Assembly: GCF_006345805.1 (NCBI RefSeq)
Contig: NC_042997.1
Location: forward strand, 10,478,001 to 10,542,000
Reading direction: 5' to 3'
Length of the DNA: 64,000 bases
Origin: Octopus sinensis
Taxonomy: Eukaryota
The translations under genes and the position numbers were made by a program. Below, piece after piece: positions 14,897-28,454 of this stretch (its first letter is position 1; each line of letters starts with the position of its first letter). The notes under the pieces are model-generated. The model did not search any database and was not told the origin of the DNA. It saw only the letters and a list, made by a program, of their open reading frames with translations.

Positions 14897-15260
14897 CCAG
14901 ACAGCCGAGAAGCTAAAAGTAATAAAGAAAATTATTATTAACAACTGTTTATCATCTTTAAGATGTTGGAAGTGAAACGATAGTTTGCTTGTTGAGAGAA
15001 TAGAAACGGTTGCTATTTTAGAGATAAGACAACAGTAGTATCCACCAGTAAGCAATACAAGTGTAGAACTCACAGAAGTGAAGACATTAGACGGGTGCTA
15101 TTCACACCTTCCTAAAGATATTCGTGACTCAATTCAAGTAAAATAATTACAACCGAAACCGAATCGTAAGACAACTCATTCCGAGAACTTTCTTCTAATT
15201 TATGGTTGTCGTCCACCGCAGCTCACCCATCGGTAATTACCATTGACCGCGTCACCGTAT
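14897..15260 (-). other. Candidate 5' exons of an unidentified spliced transcript (exon ending 15227; 15074-15111; 14897-14912)
   Basis: Three GTGAG donors and two polypyrimidine-AG acceptors in register within 350 bp; locally CpG-enriched. Confidence 0.4.
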
Positions 15261-16761
15261 AATTATAACATTTTCTCGGTATAACATAAACTATTTTATT
15301 TCATTCCGTGTTTTAAAGACATTTATCTAAATCTGATTTCCCCAGAAATTGGATATTTTAATGAAAAATAATGTTTCGTGATGAAGTTAAAATGGTTCTA
15401 AAAAGGAATGAAAATGTTGTATCGAACAGAAAATACTGAAAACGGTTATATTAAATTTCTTTGAATTTGTTAATGTCTTTGTATCAGGCATGAGCCATGA
15501 AATTCAATTTTTTTTTATCTTCCTTTTACAAGTAATTCTGATGATATGTACTTATAAAAACTAGTCAATTGATTAGTAAACAGATAATACTTGGCATGCA
15601 ATAGTGCTGAGACGTCTGTATATTCTTGGTCACAGCACGCAATGCAAAAACTCTCCTTCCATTATAAATGAAATGGATCAATAAAGGCAAGGCTAGCATA
15701 TCTTTAGCAGCTCTTCTGAAAGAACAGTTTATTGATAAATGGTGACCGTCTGTTTGATCTGTTTTAACCGGGAAAAAATGTTGAAATATAGGATTTTTGC
15801 ATTCAGCAGCATTTTAAATAGTTAATTCCAAACCGATCGTTTACCTAAAGATTTTATTCTATTTATTTATTATCCGACATAGTACAGTGTTCCACATATA
15901 ATATATATAAGAAAATTCATTGAGTTATAATTTTCATGGCTATCTTTCTCAAGTACACTAACAACGTAAATGTAGCGAAGTAAATATGAATAGAAACTGT
16001 GTTGCGGTTATAGTTGGCCGGAAAATTAGCTTTACTCCAAGTTTATAGCAACTCTTAAGAAAACAAAATTCCCTAATGGGTAATGGATCTGTTTTTCACC
16101 TAGTTTTTTTTACAATTATATTTGTTGCTTTTAATTACATCATTAATACTTTCAAATATTTTACAAATCTCAACCGACCTAATCACCTATTTACAGTTGC
16201 ACTAAATAATTGCTACTTGACTCGTTTTGCTGATAAAGACGAATCAAACGTTCACTTTAGTATATAAATCATTTAAATAGTTAATTAGTCCAGTTTTTCG
16301 GGACAAATGCTTTAGGGTGTCTCAATTTTAGTTTCTAACTGCATTGACTCCATCGTATCGACTTTGCTACAAGCCGGAGATTTTAATCAACTAAGTTTAG
16401 ATTGTCTGTAAGTTTACATAAAACTACTCAATGATAAAAGCAAATACTTTCACTAAACGCGCTGGAGCGAATATGAGTGATATACACGTTTATATTTATT
16501 TGTCATTGAATACTATTGTTAAAATTAAATATACTGAGACCTGAGTGTGTTTGTAAATATGAAGTATTGAAGTCAACGTTGAATATTTGCATCGGAATAT
16601 TTGCTTCAAATATATTCAACTTTTCAAAGCCTCGAAGTAACCAAATGAGTTATTGATTTCTCTCACACTCATCTTTCTCATACCTCATCCTTTTCCTCAC
16701 ACTAATTCTTTCTATACATATACCTTTCTCGCTCTCTCTTTTTTCCTGTCCTGTATCTTTC

Positions 16762-16888
16762 GCTCTTCCTCTTTTATTATTTCTCTCTGACCCATGCCCA
16801 CTCTCTTACACACACATACTCTCTCTCTCTCTCTCTTTCTTCCTCTTTTATTATTTCTCTCTGACCCAGGCCCACTCTCTCACACACA

Positions 16889-16941
<53 letters not shown>

Positions 16942-16945
16942 ATTA
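16762..16945. repeat. ~70-bp tandem duplication plus (CT)n
   Basis: cttcctcttttattatttctctctgaccca(t/g)gcccactctct occurs twice. Confidence 0.85.
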
Positions 16946-17510
16946 TTACTCTTTTAGCAGAGTACATTGAAAAATATGTTAATTTCACCTGTTTAGTTTA
17001 TTATGTTTTATTTATTGTTTCAGAACAGATTTATCGACAAAACCCTCGCATGAACCTGTACAACTCTTTATAAAATGAATTAACGCCTTCATTAGAATCA
17101 AACTGAACAAAACAACAACTGTAACGCTAAGATAATAAATGATTTGCATCTTGTTCTGTTAATCGTTAAATCAATCTCAATCGTAAGTGATGCTGCGTCC
17201 ATCGTTAATCATCAACTGTAAACAGCTGAAAACATTGGAAAATACGCCAAAGTATAGCAATTAACTTCTCTGTAAGGGTCTTACTTCAAGCATAAATGAT
17301 CGATAGCGCAGAATATGATCGATATAGTTAAAACACAAGGTGAAACAATACACAAGCAAACGTGAAATGCAAAGAAATAATACGGTGGCAGCAGTAGGAA
17401 TACGAGATAGTAATGAGGAATTCAAGATGCTCAAAAAGGCAATACACAAATAAACTAGCGAACAGAAAGAATCTTAAAATAAATGAATATACAAGTAAAT
17501 AAATAAATAA

Positions 17511-17688
17511 ATGGTAGTGGTGGTCGTCGTGGTGCTAGTGGTGGTGGTGGTGGTCGTGGTCGTGGTCGTGGTGATGGTGGTCGTGGTGGTGCTGGTGGTG
17601 GTGCTGGTGGTAGTGGGGGGGGGTCGTGGTCGTGGTCGTGGTGGTCGTGGTGGTGGTCGTCGACGTCGTCGTGGTCGTGGTGGCGGTG

Positions 17689-17735
<47 letters not shown>

Positions 17736-17773
17736 GGCGGTGGTGGTCGTGGTGGTAGTCGTGGTGGTGGTGG
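17511..17773. repeat. (GTG)n/(GTGGTC)n G-rich repeat
   Basis: Direct reading; yields poly-V/T/H/GR pseudo-ORFs. Confidence 0.95.
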
Positions 17774-18563
17774 ATATCTTCAAAAGAACAGAAGATCGCA
17801 CACTTTCGTAAAGTCAACACATTTATCTCCTGGCCTGAAATAAGTAGATTTGCTTTTCCCCATTCATTCATCATTACTTACATTTATGCGTTTGTGTTTG
17901 TTTATTTTACTTGATGGTTTCGCTACTGGAATCTGATAAGACGGCAATATAAAATCCCTTCTGCAAACTGAATTTGTCATCATTCGTGAATTTTCTTGAT
18001 TTTTTTTTTCCTTTCTTTCTTAAGTCCTGATCAAATGTCTTCGTTCCAATTATTTTATGTTCTATCATGTGCTGCAATCGCACAGCTACTAATCCAGAAT
18101 ATAGTTTGATATCGTCTGCTCTTATTACTTATCTACACGAATTAAAATTCTATAAGACCTACAAATATGTGATCTTGGACCCCTAGATTCTTATTGACAT
18201 TGCAATATATTACACATATTTTACATTCCTTTCTGACGTTTTGAAGTCAGCAAAATATATGTTTACAATGTCGGTCAAACATTGTTTGAAAAAGAAAATG
18301 TTTTGTACATGTAAATGCAGAATCACAACATCAATCTTTTGTTCAATTGATTTCCAATGTCTCTAGGGCCTCTGTCAGGGCTCGATATGTATTAGCACAT
18401 GTGTGCAGAGGCCTGATAAAGGACTTATTTTTCTTTTTGGTAGTGTGTAGAAAACAAGCAGTTGCTCATACGTTCACGTCTCCCTCTTCCACACTTTGTT
18501 GTCTGAGGGAAAATCTGCCGCCTTCGGGCTGATACACTTTAATACCAGTATCATCGTGAGGAC

Positions 18564-18615
18564 TGACGTCAGAACACAAAGAGCCGGAACAGATGACGCA
18601 ATGAATTCTATATAA
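18564..18615 (+). promoter_or_regulatory. CRE + CRE/C-EBP-like site + TATA cluster
   Basis: TGACGTCA 18564-18571, ATGACGCAAT 18593-18602, TATATAA 18609-18615. Confidence 0.3.
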
Positions 18616-20342
18616 CGCCCTTAAGAGTACCGTTGATCCACTGCCCTGCACTGTATTTGCTTTTTTTTTTTATCCAAAATGGTGAAAGGGATATTTGACT
18701 TCGGCACGACTTGAAATCAGAACGCAGAAAGTCGGAATAAATACTACAAATACTACAATGCCTACTATCCAATGCAATCGATTCATTGCCGTCTCACTGT
18801 TTCTATATCATAATCCATTTTGAGGGAGTATAAAGTCAATGTTTTGAAGAGGAGGTGTTAAAGTAAACCGCAACAAACTTAGCAAATTTCTCCCATACTT
18901 TTATCGATTACTCCAGAAAATAATGTAGTAGAGCAAAACTAAATGCCGCAACATATATTTAACTGAAATCTCTGTCATATCTCCCAGTAGCTTGACGTTC
19001 TTTGTATATTCCTACAGAAAACTGAATTATAAGGAATTGACCCTAAATGTGTATAGACTAATGTTTCAAATTATACAACATTGGCCACAGTGTGAAATTC
19101 TATAGTGACTATAAAAATAAAATAAAAACATCCTTTATTGACCACAAAATACAGAAAAAATATAATAGCAATTTCTAACATACACACAAGGCCCATAGGT
19201 GATGAAATCGACCCCACTATTTGACTATACTTAATTTTATAAACCCCGGAAGGACGAAAGACAAAGTTTGTATTAATAATTTCCCTTGGCAATAAAGTCC
19301 ACTTAGCATTTTGCATCTCACGAGAATGATGAAAAGTACTAAAGTACTGGAATCGATATATTCAGCTAGAAACCCTTTAAAGGCGGTGCCCTAATATAAT
19401 CGCTGTCCGATGACTGATAACAGAGTAAAATAATAAAATGAAATAATGTCGCAAGTAGTTATGAAGTATCAGATGGCAAATAAGAGGTTACGACGTTTGT
19501 ACTTCTTTTGAAGTCATTAGTAACATATGCAAATTCAGTAGCAATTGGCAACTAAATCAGGAGAAATTATTTCATACAAATCATCTGAAATGCCCTGTTT
19601 TAGGTTGCAGTAAATGTAAGAATGAGTATTTATGGCCTTCGTTATCAAAGATATTATTTTAGCTGAATCGATAGCTTCTACTACTGATACCTGTTTAATC
19701 AACCTGTGAAAAAGAAAAATGTGGACGCAGAAATATGGAATTTTAACTGAAGAACAAGGTCACAATTTATGGGAGGGGAGGATATAATCGATCACAAAGA
19801 TCCTGGTATTTCATTAGTTCATATTTTGTCGAAGCAGAAAAGAGTAAAACAAAAATTAACACTTGCGCGATTTGTCCTCACAATGTGAAATTTCTTAACC
19901 AAATACTGCAAAGTATTTTCCCCTGTACTCTGACTCTACCACTCCAACCACACTGCGACTCAGTAATTAGCAAGTCATCATTTATCGTAAAATAATCAAG
20001 CAATCTAAAATTCGAAAAATGAAGCTAGATTTAAGGTAATTATCACCAGTAACTCCATATTCTAATTTTCACTTTTAGAGACTTTTTCAATCTTTTATCT
20101 TTTACTTGTTTTAATCACTGGACTACAGCCATGCTTGGGCACCACATTGGCGGGTTTAGTGGAATAAATCGATCCCAGTACTTATTTTTCTCTTGTCGGA
20201 CCACTAAGTTACATGGATGTAAACGAACCTTCATCGGTTGTTAAAGAGTGTTCCGGAGAAACAAACAAAAAGGTACACACATACTTACACATGCACATAT
20301 ACACGACAGACTTCCACAAAGTTTAATAAATAAATGCGCCAT

Positions 20343-20581
20343 TTTAAAGCCTAGCCAGGTTCATGGACCCGGTTTCCCGGTTTCTATAGCATATGTGTTC
20401 CCCAGCTGGACGGGATGCCAGTCCATCGCAGCGTTACTCATTTTTGCCAGCTGAGTGGACTGGAGCACGTGAAGTGAAGTGTTTTGCTCAAGAACACAAC
20501 GCGTCGCCCGGTCCAGGAATCGAAACCACAATTTTACGATCATGGTGCTGACACTCTAACCACTAAGCCATGCGCCTCCAC
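20343..20581 (-). mobile_element. SINE, head B + CORE-like + V-like body
   Basis: Minus strand: gaggcgcatggcttagtggttagag...ttgtgttcttgagcaaaacacttcac...gctgcgatggactggcatcccgtccag. Confidence 0.88.
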
Positions 20582-23500
20582 TCCACAAAGTTTACGTCAA
20601 CTAAATTCACTCAGAAGGCATTTGTGGGTTCGGGGCTATAGTAAAGGACACTCGAAACCACGTAGTTGCAAAACGAGTTTCTTAACCACGCAGCCATAAA
20701 CAAAATACGTATATAAAAAGTGAGCAATATAACATTAAAACGAACATTTTAAAAAGAGATTTGTTTTACAAGGAGTTTAAAGTTTAAATACTTCCTCAAA
20801 TATTTATAGAGTAAGAGAAAAATGCTTTCGAAAGTACTCAATCTTAAATTAAACACCCAGATTTAAAATAAAATAAACATAATGAATTTTAATTTGTCAA
20901 TTTTCCAAGCTTAGCATATTTTCTGCTTTGTAATTTTATATATAATGCAAAATGATCGCCAGCAATGGTAGAAACGGAAATGTCTTACAAATCTGTTGTA
21001 ATAATGAATAAGTAAGCAAATAACTTGGAATTATCAATTTGAATTATATCAAGTATTCTTCGAGTTTTACGGCTTGCGTAAGCTATATGAACCGTCTCAG
21101 ATATCTATTCTTTGGAGCGTTACAGATTTAAATTGAAGTTGTATCTTAGATGTCAGGTTCCTGCTGGAAAACAATATATAGATGGTTGCATGCATTAATG
21201 CATTAATTCATCTAAGAATGTAGAAATGTATTGGTGTCAATATGTATGCGTAAATATGTGCGTGTTTGTTTAGCTATGTCCATAAGAGTTACTATCTACA
21301 AGTAACTTCCTAAAATATTGCACTTTTAAATGCTTCTGTAAACATCTGCCTATTTGTTGTATCACTCTAACCGTTTTTACGTATGTATATATTTTTTGGT
21401 TTTTGACTGAGCAATCTTGATGTGTTTGTATGTTTGTGCATATGTACGTATATATGCATGCATGTATGTATACGTTTAGCTTTATGTATATGTATGGGCA
21501 TATCTGTTTATGTAGTGACCTGTGCAGATTAGTATAAGCACTTGTGTATATACTTTTCCCTCATAGATATAGGCATTTGTGGCTACAAACAGATTAAATG
21601 CAAAAGTAAAGGAGGGGTGCGGTACAGGATGAAAGAGAAGAGCAGAGAGATTGAGAGAAAGAGAGAGAGAGAGAGGGAGAGAGAGACACATACACACTCA
21701 CACACTCACACACACAAACGAATATAACTTGAATACATTTAACAATGAAGGACTATACATTGAATTTGTATAGTTGGTATGGAGAGAACAAAAGGGGAAA
21801 CTTCAAACTCTAGCAAATATGAAAGGATCAGAAAGGTAATTTTGGATCCCGGAAATTATTTCCAAAGAAAATAACTTTGTCATACCTCGGCAAAAATTTG
21901 GTAATATCAGATATTTTCTTGTGGTTTTAAATGAGTGGAAGCAATTTCACTTGGAATCATCTTTAAAAAAGCACGTATTATGCAAACTTAGTATTTATAA
22001 GTACTTTGGATAATTATTATGATTAATTATTCCGTCTCGTGTTCTCTATTTCTCAATGCAACCGTGTGTCTACAAAGGTGTCTATATTGCAGCGTGCATG
22101 GATAAATATATTTATAATTTTTTGTGACTATATGTACATTTATATTTTATATATTACACTTTATCAATGTCTATATATAACTACTTATACAAGTGAGTGT
22201 GAGCATATGAGTACTGAGACTAAGTGTGCGACCGTTTTACTTACTTAGATTCGTCGTTTATCTATTTATATATTTGCGAATGTTTACAAAATAGTACGCT
22301 GTATTACGTTATTGAATTAACAGAAACTAATGGAAATTGCTTTTTTTTTTACTTTCCATATCAAAAGATACACAACGGAAACTTTCCAACTAACTACAGG
22401 ATGTAGTTTTTCCAGAAAGTTATAGAATATTTCCATGACAACAACATCGGCAGTAATTTCGACTTAACAAATTATTTATATTGTCCAAATTGCTGCTGCT
22501 GCTGTTGTTGTTGTTGTTTTTATTATCAAGTACCAAAAAAGTATTATAGTCGATTTATTCGATTAACTACTTCCCCTCAAATTTTACAACTCAACTAATT
22601 TTAAAGCACAGCCCACACAACATACAAAAAAGATTCTGTTGTTTTATAATGCTACAGAAGAAATAACGAGACTGCTGTTATGGATGGACTACTTTCCTGT
22701 TTATAGAGTAAATTATGTGACTGGTAAGTTAGTTGGTGGAAAATGGTTCCTTTCCTTTTAACTCACAACAGTTAAAAACGTTCTATTTAGATACACATTA
22801 TATTAAAACTTCAGTTAAATATTGTTATTTCTTTGCTCACTTTATAAGTATTACTTGCTGAATTATTGTTAAACTTCGATTTTGCACATTAATGTGGGTT
22901 TTTTTAAATAACAAATGGCAGTGTAATTAGGATTTTGACGCTGGATAAGATGTGTTAACCGAAAGGAAAGTTGTGGAGCAAATTCATACAAATATGTTTA
23001 TCACTGAAACTACAAGGCACAGGAAGGGCCACATCTTAAATTGAACTAACACGTGTTTGGATGTGTCAGAGGATGCCAGTATCGGGATTACCTGAACTCC
23101 AAAGAAATTTTCAATACACACTTGTGAGCCAAATCTTCTGTAAAATATTATCTATAACTTCACAGGCTTGATGGACCAGAAATTGAAATTTTCAGCCGCT
23201 TTAAAGGTTTCAGTTGCTTTAAAGGTTAGCAAAACACAAACACACTATATGTGATTACGCCGGAGGACTCTGCAGACTTTGATAATAAAAATCATGGTCA
23301 TGTGTGAAATGATGCATTAAATATTGGCAGCACAAGACTGATCAATTCTTTCGTGTCCAACAGTGAAATTACCGGTGTGCTTAAAGACCAACTTTTATGT
23401 TTTGAATCTTGTAAGTTTTCAATGTATATTTGTCCACTAGTAGCTGTGATGCTGGGGGAAATGACTGGACAGTGCATATTAGGTTATGTTCTACTTGTTG

Positions 23501-24129
23501 GTAACAAGTGGACATCTATCGTGGGTGTATGAAAATTGGAAGGAGATTTATGTATGACTACAATGTAGGCGTCAATCACAAAATTCGTTTAGACTCTGTT
23601 CCGACCCCTAATAGTCGATCTGCCTTTGAATCATTATCTGTGACGTTTAGTATATACTGCCTAAGGGATAAGTAATACGAAATTCAAATAGATGCTATTA
23701 AGACTGCAGTCACTTGATACTTGTTTCAATAATACTGATGATAACGTATGCACCAGATCAGAACTGATGCATTACTCTTTGCTAGGCTGGCTTCAGACGT
23801 ACTATATGATGCAATATTTCACAAAATCATTTGTAGAATATAAAGTGTCTGAAGTAGCTACTCTACTGTTGAAGGATCATATAAACAGATCAAACGAGTA
23901 TGCGTACACGTATATGTGCACATATGCATCAACACACATATGTATATATACAGACACATACACACACATACATACATACATACATACATACATACATACA
24001 TGCATACATACATGCATACATACATACATACAAACATACATACATATATGCATCCAATAGTAGGATCCAAGTATCTAGGTGTAGGAAGTTAGTAAGCTAT
24101 ATTTATCGACGTCAAAGGTTATAGGCTTC

Positions 24130-24134
<5 letters not shown>

Positions 24135-24189
<55 letters not shown>

Positions 24190-24222
24190 GTGTGTGTGTA
24201 TGTATGTATGTATGTATGTATA

Positions 24223-24272
<50 letters not shown>

Positions 24273-24284
24273 CGTATATATATA

Positions 24285-24347
<63 letters not shown>

Positions 24348-24377
24348 ATATATATAATATATATATATATTATATAT

Positions 24378-24444
<67 letters not shown>

Positions 24445-24458
24445 TATAGATATATATG
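24135..24458. repeat. (TA)n microsatellite
   Basis: Direct reading. Confidence 0.98.
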
Positions 24459-24460
24459 TA

Positions 24461-25035
24461 ATCGGTTGTTCATACATAGTGCTTGATTTGCTGCAGAACA
24501 GTGTTCTAGGAAAACTCCCTAAACGACGCCGAGTGCTAAAGAATACTGAATAATTTTAGCGAAATATCGATATCCATTATTCTTGCTCATCTTGGGGCGA
24601 ATTGTCTCGCCTGGTCTGAGCTATTCAGAATTCTTTAATACTCGGCGTCGTCTAAGGTCTTTTCCCAGGACGACATCTCGCAACAAACTGGCGTATAAAC
24701 AAACTTATACACTATGTATGTGCAACCGATAATGTTTACATTATTAGAGCTGCTTTTAATTTGAAATTATATTTTGTTTCACATGTGCTACGCCACAGCA
24801 TATCAGCATATTCAGACTATTTGTGTATATGGTACCGAAGAGCTACAGTAATAGCGAAATATTGATATCGATCATTTTTGCTCACTTCGGGGCGTGTTGT
24901 TTTGCTTTCAGTGTTCTTTAACATTAGGCGGAGGTACACTATGACTCTATCAGGCAGCAAATTAGCGTATAATCGAAACACTTATATTATGTATCTGCGA
25001 TAGATAATGTTATTAGAGTTGCTTTTAATTTGTAA
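24461..25035 (+). mobile_element. HHR-bearing cassette: inverted arm + two diverged ~295-bp tandem units (Penelope-terminal/retrozyme-like)
   Basis: 24461-24552 is the reverse complement of 24622-24730; shared motif agcgaaata at 24558 and 24853; (TA)n on both flanks. Confidence 0.6.
24829..24875 (+). ncRNA. Type I hammerhead ribozyme-like motif
   Basis: atggta CCGAAGA GCTA-cagtaa-TAGC GAAA TATTGATA TC / gatcat: perfect stem II, near-palindromic stem III, AUC site, 5 of 6 stem I pairs; U4 is C. Confidence 0.6.
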
Positions 25036-25039
25036 TTTA

Positions 25040-25316
<277 letters not shown>

Positions 25317-26025
25317 GACGGATTCTAAACTTTAAAACAATTACTACGAAATTAGGGGTCGTCTAATACACCCCGTATAAAATCTGTGGTTTAGAATAGC
25401 ACCAATGTCAATGGAGAACAGTGTAAAGCGCTCGCATACATCCTATGGTTGTACAGCACGGTATTTTCTATTGACGCTTGCACATATCGATGGAGAGTAC
25501 CGTAAAATACTCATAGATCCTATGCTTTTGCATCTCAGTATTTTCTACTGATACTTACGCGTATATTTGGGAAGCAGGATTGATAGTAAGATTATATTAA
25601 AATGACAGCACAGCAAACTTAGTGGACTGACACCAGTAGCCATTTGCAACAGCTGACGAACAAAAAACATAAACAATCAGTCCGTTCAGCTGGGTGCCAG
25701 GATCTGCTCAGTTTATACTGCCTCGTTAGAGTGCTCTCTCATGCAGCGCTCAGCCAGCCGAGGCCTTTCAGGACAAGTGTAGTTTACAGTAACTAACCTA
25801 CCTGTTACAGCAAATTAGTAGCATGCACCGCTACCTTATGTGAATGGCCAGTCCGTGCCAGTCAGACCAATCACAATAAACCTCAGTTAGCGGTTACTTT
25901 TAAGCATTTACAGACAGGGTTTCTTGGAAAGGCTCAAGTTGTCACTCTTTCATAAGCGGCAGTACTCTCACTGGATGAACATTAATTCCCAGCAACTGTA
26001 AAACCCCCTCATAGTTCCAAGGGAT

Positions 26026-26570
26026 ATGAAGGAAATATGAAGCTCGTTTTAAGCTGAAAGTGTTAGCATACGCCAAGTCTCACAACAGCTGTGCTGCTGC
26101 GAGAGAATACTGTGTAACCGAGAAGATGATAAGAGTTTGAATATTAAAGGAAGACTTGCTTGTTCCTTCTCGAGTCACGCCTGGCTGATAAGGGCCGGTT
26201 TCCCGGGTTTCCTTGGACGGGAAGCCGTTCCGTTGCAGGTGAGCTGCAAGATGCAGGAGGAAAGAGTGAGAGAAAGTTGTGGCGAAAGTGTAAGCAGAAG
26301 TTCGCCATTATCTTCTGCCGGAGACGCGTGGAGCTTAGGTGTTTCGCTCATAAACACACATATCGCCCGGTCTGAGATTCGAACCCGCGATCCCTCGACC
26401 GCGAGTCCGCTGCTCTAACCATTATGTCATGTGCCTCCACAAAGGAGTACTAAGTAGTATATCGAGGACAAAATGTGCAATGAGAAGAGGTTCTACACAC
26501 TGGCTGATTCTAGAGAAGCATGTATCAGATATGGTCCGTGACCAGCGACAAAATGGATACGTTGTTTCAG
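26026..26570 (+). pseudogene. pogo-family transposase N-terminus (Brinker-type + CENP-B HTH), split by a SINE
   Basis: YEARFKLKVLAYAKSHNSCAAAREYCVTEKMIRV before the SINE; VLSSISRTKCAMRRGSTHWLILEKHVSDMVRDQRQNGYVVS after it. Confidence 0.75.
26156..26440 (-). mobile_element. SINE, head A + V-like body
   Basis: Reverse-complement copy of the 2673-2938 family; aaagga on both flanks. Confidence 0.9.
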
Positions 26571-26797
26571 GACCAAGAGTCTCGTGATGCAAAACAAAAT
26601 TTACAAATTAAATGAAACACTAGCAGTGGACTTTATAACAATATTTCTAATATATTACAATATATTATATATCCCGTAAGTCTGTAAATCCATTTCAAGT
26701 AAGTGGTGTCATTATGGTATACTTGACACAATGTTAGTTCCTGTAAAATAACCGACACTTAAGTGACGTCACTACGGTAGTGTTTACACCAACCAGG

Positions 26798-27181
26798 AGT
26801 GGAGGCGCAATGGCCCAGTGGTTAGGGCAGCGGACTCGCGGTCGTCGGATCGCGGTTTCGATTCCCAGACCGGGCGTTGTGAGTGTTTATTGAGCGAAAA
26901 CACCTAAAGCTCCACGAGGCTCCGGCAGGGATGGTGGTGATCCCTGCTGTACTCTTTCACCACAGCTTTCTCTCACTCTTACTTCCTGTTTCTGTTGTAC
27001 CTGTATTTCAAAGGGCCGGCCTTGTCACTCTCTGTGTCACGCTGAATATCCCCGAGAACTACGTTAAGGGTACACGTGTCTGTGGAGTGCTCAGCCATTT
27101 ACACGTTAATTTCACGAGCAGGCTGTTCCGTTGATTCGAATCAACCGGAACCCTCATCGTCGTAACCGACGGAGTGCTTCC
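26798..27181 (+). mobile_element. SINE, head A + body X (gtgtctgtggagtgctcagcc...)
   Basis: Full length; 12-bp TSD acaccaaccagg at 26786-26797 and 27182-27193. Confidence 0.92.
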
Positions 27182-27550
27182 ACACCAACCAGGTACGTTT
27201 GATGTGTATTACGGTAGGTTATTCACAATATTCGGCCACTTTTTGGAAAGAAATGGATAAAATTTAAACAAACAAGACTGCAGAAATGTTGCATATAAAA
27301 TTTACTGATTGAAACATAGTTTAAACGCTATTGACACACAAGAAACACAGAGGCTTCAGGGGCCGCTGGGGAAGGTACAGCACACCCGACCCCTTTAGCT
27401 ATGAAACTCGCGCCTTCGGCATTCGAGCTATTTTCCATGAAAACTTGGAATAGTTTTATACAGCAAGTGTAGCTCAAAACCTACTTTTTAAATGGTAATC
27501 CTGGGGGTCGTCTTGTACACACAATCGTATCATACGTCGGCATATACGGT

Positions 27551-27770
27551 ATAGATAGATAGATAGATAGATAGACAGACAGACAAACAAGCAGACAGTC
27601 AAAGACTGTAATATGGAGAGGAATGCAAATAGATACACTCAGAGACAGACAGAAAGACGGACGGACAGATAGGCAGACAGGCAGACAGACAGACATATAC
27701 ATACGTATATACATACATACATACATACATACATACATACATACATACATACATACATACATACATACAT
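27551..27770. repeat. (GATA)/(GACA)/(TACA) compound array
   Basis: Direct reading. Confidence 0.93.
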
Positions 27771-28454
27771 GAGAATCATAGAATATCGTATACACCCATA
27801 CAAACTTATAGATAGATGCATATTTACTTAAGTATACATTCACAGACAAAAGCAGCATTAGTTAATAAAAATATAGCAGAAATGCCAATGCACTTTTTCT
27901 GTGTTAAAAGTTCAGCTATTACAATAATTCAACATTTCCCCACTCATACAATGATATACGAAATCAAAATGTAATACATTAATGAATTACAGAGTTAGTA
28001 GAGTGTCTCAGAAATAATTTTGTGCTGTTTAATTACCTTCTGATTTCAAATACCATTGAGGGCGATTTTACTTTTCATTATTCCGAGATCAATTAAACAA
28101 AATATCAATCAAGTTTCGGTCGATTTAATCAGTTACACCTCTTTTCACAAAAGTGCGACCTTGTGCCTATATCGGAAAATATTTTATCCATTTTATTCTT
28201 TTATCAGTTTCAGTCATTGGAGTGTAACCATGCTAGTGCACCGCCTTCAAATGTATGATCGATTATATTGATTATAGACCAGTAGTTATTTTATTGATCT
28301 CACTAGTATGAAAGATAAAGTTGAGGTCAGCGTTATATAAATGCAAAAGATAAAGGGACCTAATCAAATACCACAAGGTACTTTGATCGAATCGCTAATG
28401 ATTGTGTTCTATACCGCTCATAAATAATTATCATTAGAAGTGGACTCAATGTGC

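Noticed and set aside
17455-17874. Poly-His/Pro/Thr/Gly-Arg ORFs; also the poly-Asp/His ORFs at 51724-52138
   Set aside because: Trinucleotide and hexanucleotide repeats open in several frames with no flanking coding signal.
26762-26773. 12-bp CRE palindrome agtgacgtcact
   Set aside because: Isolated, inside a transposon-derived region, no promoter context.
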